NCBI GenBank assembly: GCA_963733065.1
Contig: CAVTBT010000004.1
Location: forward strand, 271,183 to 335,182
Reading direction: 5' to 3'
Source of the DNA: an uncultured Gaiellaceae bacterium
Lineage (GTDB): Bacteria > Actinomycetota > Thermoleophilia > Gaiellales > Gaiellaceae
Length of the DNA: 64,000 nucleotides
The notes beneath the pieces were generated by a model. It was given only the letters and a program-made list of their open reading frames with translations. It had not been told where the DNA came from and made no database searches. Each line of letters opens with the position of its first letter. Within the stretch, counting starts at the first letter, position 1. Below, piece after piece: positions 60,472 to 64,000 of this stretch. The position numbers were made by a program, and so were the translations under genes.

Positions 60472-60990
60472 CTACTCGACGGGCATGACGATCGGGCTCG
60501 AGTACTCCCGCCGGAAGTACAGGATCGGCACGCTCGCTGGATCCGGTGCCATGCCGGCGACGACCAGCCCGGTGATGATCACGTGGTCGCCGGCCTCGAG
60601 CTCCAGCTCGGTCTCGCACTCGGCATAGGCGAGCGCATCCTCACGCAGGCAGGGCATGCCGCCGAGCCCGGGCTCCCACACGACGTCCGCGAACTTGTCC
60701 TCGGCCTTCGAGGCGAAGCGCTTCGCCAGCTCGTCGCGCCGTTCGGCGAGGAAGTTCACGACGAACCGCCTCGAGTGCTGGAGCGCGGGCAGGGTCCGAC
60801 TCTCGCGGTCGACGGAGATCAGGAGGAGCGGCGGCTCCGCGGAGACGGAGCAGAGGGCGTTGGTCGTCAGCCCGCGCGGCCCGCCGTCGGCGTCGAGCGT
60901 GGTCACGACGGCTACGCCGGTCGGGAAGGCGCTCATGATCGCGAAGAACTCCTCCCGCGCCACGGCCACGGGGCTAGTGTGACATGTCAT
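60472..60990 (-). CDS. flavin reductase family protein (NAD(P)H-dependent, FMN-binding split barrel)
   Basis: Contains ..FFAIMSAFPTGVAVVTT.., ..GLTTNALCSVSAEPPLLLISV.. and ..RFVVNFL.. The start may be a downstream GTG (VAVAREEF). Confidence 0.82.
   Translation of the reverse strand: MTCHTSPVAVAREEFFAIMSAFPTGVAVVTTLDADGGPRGLTTNALCSVSAEPPLLLISVDRESRTLPALQHSRRFVVNFLAERRDELAKRFASKAEDKFADVVWEPGLGGMPCLREDALAYAECETELELEAGDHVIITGLVVAGMAPDPASVPILYFRREYSSPIVMPVE
60977..60990. promoter_or_regulatory. operator-like palindrome copy 5 (GTGTGACATGTCAT) spanning both divergent start codons; -10-like TAGTGT at 60975-60980
   Basis: The central and adjacent CATG provide an ATG on both strands (60990 minus, 60989 plus). 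TAGTGT ends 8 nt before the cupin ATG. Confidence 0.6.
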
Positions 60991-61417
60991 GGGTGAGGAT
61001 CCGGGCTGCGTCCTCGTCGGACGCGGCGGTCGCTACACCGGCACGCAGGGGCTGACCTATGCATCCGGGCTCACCGGTGGAAGCGCCGGTTCCCGCGGCC
61101 TCAGCATGACCGAGGCCGAGCTTCCGCCAGGCGCCTGCTCGCGGGCGCACCTACACCGCGGTATCGAGACCGGTGGGTACGTGCTCGAGGGCACGCTGGA
61201 GACGCTCTGGGGCGAACAGCTCGACGAGTCGGTGGTCGCGGAGGCGGGCGAGTTCGTCTACATCCCGCCGGACGTGCCGCACGTCGTCCGGAATCCGTCA
61301 CGCGACCGGCCGGCCCGCGCCCTCGTCGCCCATACCGCGGCCGACGACCAGGAGGGGATCGAGCTGCGACCCGACCTCGACGAGCTCGTCACCGCCCGGA
61401 CCGGGTCGCCAACTTGA
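60989..61417 (+). CDS. cupin domain protein
   Basis: Reads ..AHLHRGIETGGYVLEGTLET.. and ..GEFVYIPPDVPHVVRNPS.. (cupin motifs 1 and 2). Confidence 0.7.
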   Translation: MGEDPGCVLVGRGGRYTGTQGLTYASGLTGGSAGSRGLSMTEAELPPGACSRAHLHRGIETGGYVLEGTLETLWGEQLDESVVAEAGEFVYIPPDVPHVVRNPSRDRPARALVAHTAADDQEGIELRPDLDELVTARTGSPT

Positions 61418-61453
61418 GGTCGCAGGCGGCACCTGCCACAATCCCGCGCGCGG

Positions 61454-61918
61454 ATGCGTGCCCCTGCTGCGGCTCTTCTTTCGGCTCTCAGCGTGTTGGC
61501 CCTCGCGGTCGCCGGCTGCGGCGGTGACGACGACGGCGACGCCGTGCCCGCCACGACTGCGGCGGGCGGCGAGACAACACTCGCCTCCCCGAGATGCGAG
61601 CCTGCGGCAAGCGACCTGACGACGCCGCTGGGGAACGGGATCTCGGCCGAAGGCGCACGCCTGACGAATGCGTACGTGGTGAAGTCGGAGGATCACGACA
61701 GCATCTACTTCGTCTCGGCGGAGATCGACGGGACCGGATACGAGGACGCCGGCGACATCGCCACGTGGGCATCCACGAGCCGCTTCGGCGGGGATCTCGT
61801 CTACGCGGTGGACGATCTCGCGAACGAGCTGTCGACGCTTCGCGACGGCCGCGAGGTCGCCGACGTGTCGCTCGACGACGACGGGGTCGACGAATCGCGC
61901 GCCTGCGCAGGCGGCTAG
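61454..61918 (+). CDS. hypothetical lipoprotein
   Basis: Has a signal peptide with lipobox LAVAGC. 154 aa. Confidence 0.55.
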   Translation: MRAPAAALLSALSVLALAVAGCGGDDDGDAVPATTAAGGETTLASPRCEPAASDLTTPLGNGISAEGARLTNAYVVKSEDHDSIYFVSAEIDGTGYEDAGDIATWASTSRFGGDLVYAVDDLANELSTLRDGREVADVSLDDDGVDESRACAGG

Positions 61919-61927
61919 CCTGGCAGC

Positions 61928-62326
61928 GTGCCCGCCGGCCCGCGCCTTGCCCACCTGGATCACGTCGTCGTCGCCGTCACCGAATGGGAGCGCTCGAACC
62001 GCTTCTACGCCGAGGTGCTGGGCGCTGAGCTCGTGCGGCGTGGCGAGGGCTGGGCCTACCGGCTCGGCGAGCAGCAGCTGAACGTCCACGGCCCCGGCGT
62101 CGCCCCGCATCCGGTCGCGACGATCCCGGTGCCGCCCGGAGGCAGCGACCTGTGCTTCGTGTGGCCGGGGACGATCGAGGATGCCGTCGAGCACCTCACG
62201 CGCCACGGCGTGACCGTGGAGGAGGGCCCGGTGGAGCGCGATGGCGCCGCCGGCTCTGGTCGCAGCGTCTACTTCCGCGACCCCGACGGAAGCCTGCTCG
62301 AGCTCATCAGCTACGACCCCGCCTGA
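61928..62326 (+). CDS. VOC family protein (glyoxalase/dioxygenase fold)
   Basis: Contains LDHVVVAV...RFYAEVLG and ..YFRDPDGSLLELISY. Confidence 0.75.
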   Translation: MPAGPRLAHLDHVVVAVTEWERSNRFYAEVLGAELVRRGEGWAYRLGEQQLNVHGPGVAPHPVATIPVPPGGSDLCFVWPGTIEDAVEHLTRHGVTVEEGPVERDGAAGSGRSVYFRDPDGSLLELISYDPA

Positions 62327-62329
62327 GCG

Positions 62330-62656
62330 TCACGGCAGGAGCTTCGCTCCGACGAGCGCTTCCCGTGCGCCGGCGCAGTCACGCCTGGCCGCGACGAGCT
62401 GGCGACGCCCGGAGAAGCACATTGTGGTCGCGCCGAGCACGCAGACTGTCCGTTCGATCCTGCGATCCGGCGACAGCGCAACCCCACAGCGCCCCTCGCC
62501 GTATGGAACCGGGCCGCGGATCGCCCGCCAGGTCTGCGTCGAGTCGGTGACCCGCACGTAGGCCACGATCGCCGCGATCGCGAGCAGCGCCACGACGAGC
62601 CAACGCACGCGGCGGCGGCGACGACGAGGACGGGAACGGTACTGACGTGCTCGCAC
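62330..62656 (-). CDS. hypothetical membrane-anchored protein
   Basis: Arg-rich N-terminus, one TM segment (WLVVALLAIAAIVAYV) and a Cys-containing ectodomain. 108 aa. Confidence 0.4.
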   Translation of the reverse strand: MRARQYRSRPRRRRRRVRWLVVALLAIAAIVAYVRVTDSTQTWRAIRGPVPYGEGRCGVALSPDRRIERTVCVLGATTMCFSGRRQLVAARRDCAGAREALVGAKLLP

Positions 62657-62812
62657 GCATGCTCCTGTCGATGGCGCGTTTCACCTGCATCCTGCACCAT
62701 CCCGAGCGGTCCGTGGCCCTTTCGTCCACGGCCAATCGCGTTAGTGTGAAGGAGCACCGACGCGGGAGCGGCGCGCGCGGTGCACTGCGGCAACAAGGAA
62801 AGGGGTTCTGCG

Positions 62813-63106
62813 GTGGGGATCGACGCATCTCGCCTTCTCGCGCGACGGATCGCCGAGCAGCAACAGTGGGAGCAAGCGGCGGCCGTGCGGTCCGGCCAGC
62901 AGCCGGCGAAGGATCCGGACGCTGACAGCCTCCTCGACCTGGGCGACGACCTCCGTGTCTACGCGCGACGAGCCGGCCATCCCGAGCGGAAGCGACTCGT
63001 CGGCGGCCGGTGGGAGGAGGAGGCGTGGGTCGACTTCTTGTCGGCCGAGGAAGAGCTGCACCAACGGGATCTGGTACCGAGGCAGCCCGGCAGCGCCCGA
63101 GGGTGA
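62813..63106 (+). CDS. hypothetical protein
   Basis: Start is GTG at 62813 after GGAAAGGGG. Charged, protein-like composition. No family was recognised. Confidence 0.35.
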   Translation: MGIDASRLLARRIAEQQQWEQAAAVRSGQQPAKDPDADSLLDLGDDLRVYARRAGHPERKRLVGGRWEEEAWVDFLSAEEELHQRDLVPRQPGSARG

Positions 63107-63133
63107 GGAGCGCGTAGGCGCCTCGAGTCGGCG

Positions 63134-63400
63134 CTACCCCGTCGTGCGGCGTGGGTCCTTGCCGTATGTGTTCCGTTCGCGGATCTGGCCGTTGCGCCCG
63201 TGGACCAGGAGCTCCGACTCGTTGCGGCGGGCCAAGCCTCGCGCGACCTCGCGTGCTGCGGCCTGAGTCTCGTGCGTCGAGTGGACCCCTGCGGAGCCCT
63301 CGACCTCGACCCGCCAGCCATCCTGGCCAGGCAATACGTGGACGTCACCCTTCGTAGGCATCGCATCCTTCCCTGTGTCGACTGCCGTCGCCGTCGTCAT
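63134..63400 (-). CDS. DUF2188 domain protein
   Basis: Reads ..HVLPGQDGWRVEVEGS..STHETQAAAREVARGLARRNESELLVHGRNGQIRERNTYG, typical of DUF2188. Confidence 0.6.
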   Translation of the reverse strand: MTTATAVDTGKDAMPTKGDVHVLPGQDGWRVEVEGSAGVHSTHETQAAAREVARGLARRNESELLVHGRNGQIRERNTYGKDPRRTTG

Positions 63401-63549
63401 GTCACCATCCCCAACGACCCGGAAACGGCGGCTGCTCTTCGTTCTGCTCGGTCACGTCGATTCGAGGACGGTACAAAGTCCAGTACAAAGAAAGGCGCCC
63501 GATGCGGGCGCCCTTCTCGCAAACCCCGTCCGTTGCAGGTGGTTCGCAG

Positions 63550-63622
63550 CTCCCGCGGTTGGACTCGAACCAACAACCCTCCGGTTAACAGCCGGATGCT
63601 CTGCCAATTGAGCTACGCGGGA
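63550..63622 (-). tRNA. tRNA-Asn (anticodon GTT), no encoded CCA
   Basis: Reverse strand reads TCCCGCGTAGCTCAATTGGCAGAGCATCCGGCTGTTAACCGGAGGGTTGTTGGTTCGAGTCCAACCGCGGGAG. The cloverleaf was folded by hand, with discriminator G. Confidence 0.9.
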
Positions 63623-64000
63623 ACGCAGCGGCGGTCATTGTAGCGCCGCGATTCGCCGAACCGGCCGCGGCGTCCTGCTCCTCGACACCGTTGCGCACCA
63701 CCCACGCCACGAGCGCCGCGGTCAGTGCGAGCACGTACGCGTTCGCGGCACCGGAATGCGGGTGCAGCGAGGGGCCGACGAGCCAGAGCGCGGCGACGAA
63801 CAGCCACGGCGCCGACCACCGCTTCGCCCACAGGCCCACGATGACGCCGACGACGGCCAGGTAGTAGATCCAGGCGAGCGGGCTCGAGACGATCCCGGCG
63901 AGCAGAGCGAGCGCGAACCGCGCCCGATCCGACCTGACGAGCGCGGCGACGGCGAGCAGCCCGGCGGCGGCCAGCAACCCGACGGCGGTGGCGACGACGC
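63585..64000 (-). CDS. polytopic membrane protein, C-terminal part (DUF2029/GT87-like, tentative); gene continues past the window end
   Basis: Hydrophobic helices (..SPLAWIYYLAVVGVIVGLW..). The last ~13 codons of the listed ORF run into the tRNA-Asn gene, so the true stop context is uncertain. Confidence 0.45.
   Translation of the reverse strand, partial: VVATAVGLLAAAGLLAVAALVRSDRARFALALLAGIVSSPLAWIYYLAVVGVIVGLWAKRWSAPWLFVAALWLVGPSLHPHSGAANAYVLALTAALVAWVVRNGVEEQDAAAGSANRGATMTAAAFPRSSIGRASGC

Noticed and set aside
63585-63622. Overlap of the membrane-protein ORF with tRNA-Asn on the same strand
   Set aside because: The tRNA cloverleaf is canonical. The last codons of the ORF (..AAFPRSSIGRASGC) are most likely non-coding read-through. 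I kept the CDS but do not interpret the overlap biologically.

Overview
This is a very GC-rich window (about 70% by eye) with an Actinomycetota-like gene set: whiA, hemQ/chdC, many GTG/TTG starts, 4-nt ATGA/GTGA gene overlaps and TANNNT -10 boxes 7-9 nt upstream of start codons, implying leaderless mRNAs. From 1 to 10.1 kb it carries housekeeping genes: gap-pgk-tpiA-gpmI (minus strand), whiA, ogt, pruA, a UPF0104 membrane protein and uvrC. From 10 to 24 kb there are mixed small genes (clan GH-A lipoprotein, frameshifted tautomerase, hemQ, GNATs, bcp, lyase-like protein, GFA protein), tRNA-Leu(CAG), a large S8 protease and tag. From 25 to 62 kb there is a run of catabolic operons. These are an LLM monooxygenase / 2 PanE-like reductases / Liv-type ABC importer / M24 hydrolase operon; RidA, an HMGL-like enzyme and a PaaK-like ligase; an LLM / methyltransferase / M20 / FAH / M24 / VOC operon; a CoxGLSM-type molybdenum hydroxylase with a non-canonical active-site loop; a CrtI-like oxidase; and flavin reductase, cupin and VOC genes. 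Two SARP/BTAD-TPR regulators and a badly degraded cyclase-ATPase-TPR gene are interspersed among them. tRNA-Asn(GTT) lies at the right end. The most notable signal is a perfect palindrome, GTGACATGTCAC. It occurs five times (4 exact, 1 with one mismatch), always at the promoter or start-codon end of these catabolic operons, which suggests one unidentified repressor controls the whole region. Other signals: two tandem ~148-bp structured units with compensatory stem changes between whiA and gap; a ~70-bp direct repeat pair next to tRNA-Leu; and an unusually high number of single-base frame disruptions that protein-level continuity exposes, so assembly indels versus real pseudogenes must be resolved. 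No CRISPR array, transposase, integrase or recognisable defence system was seen.
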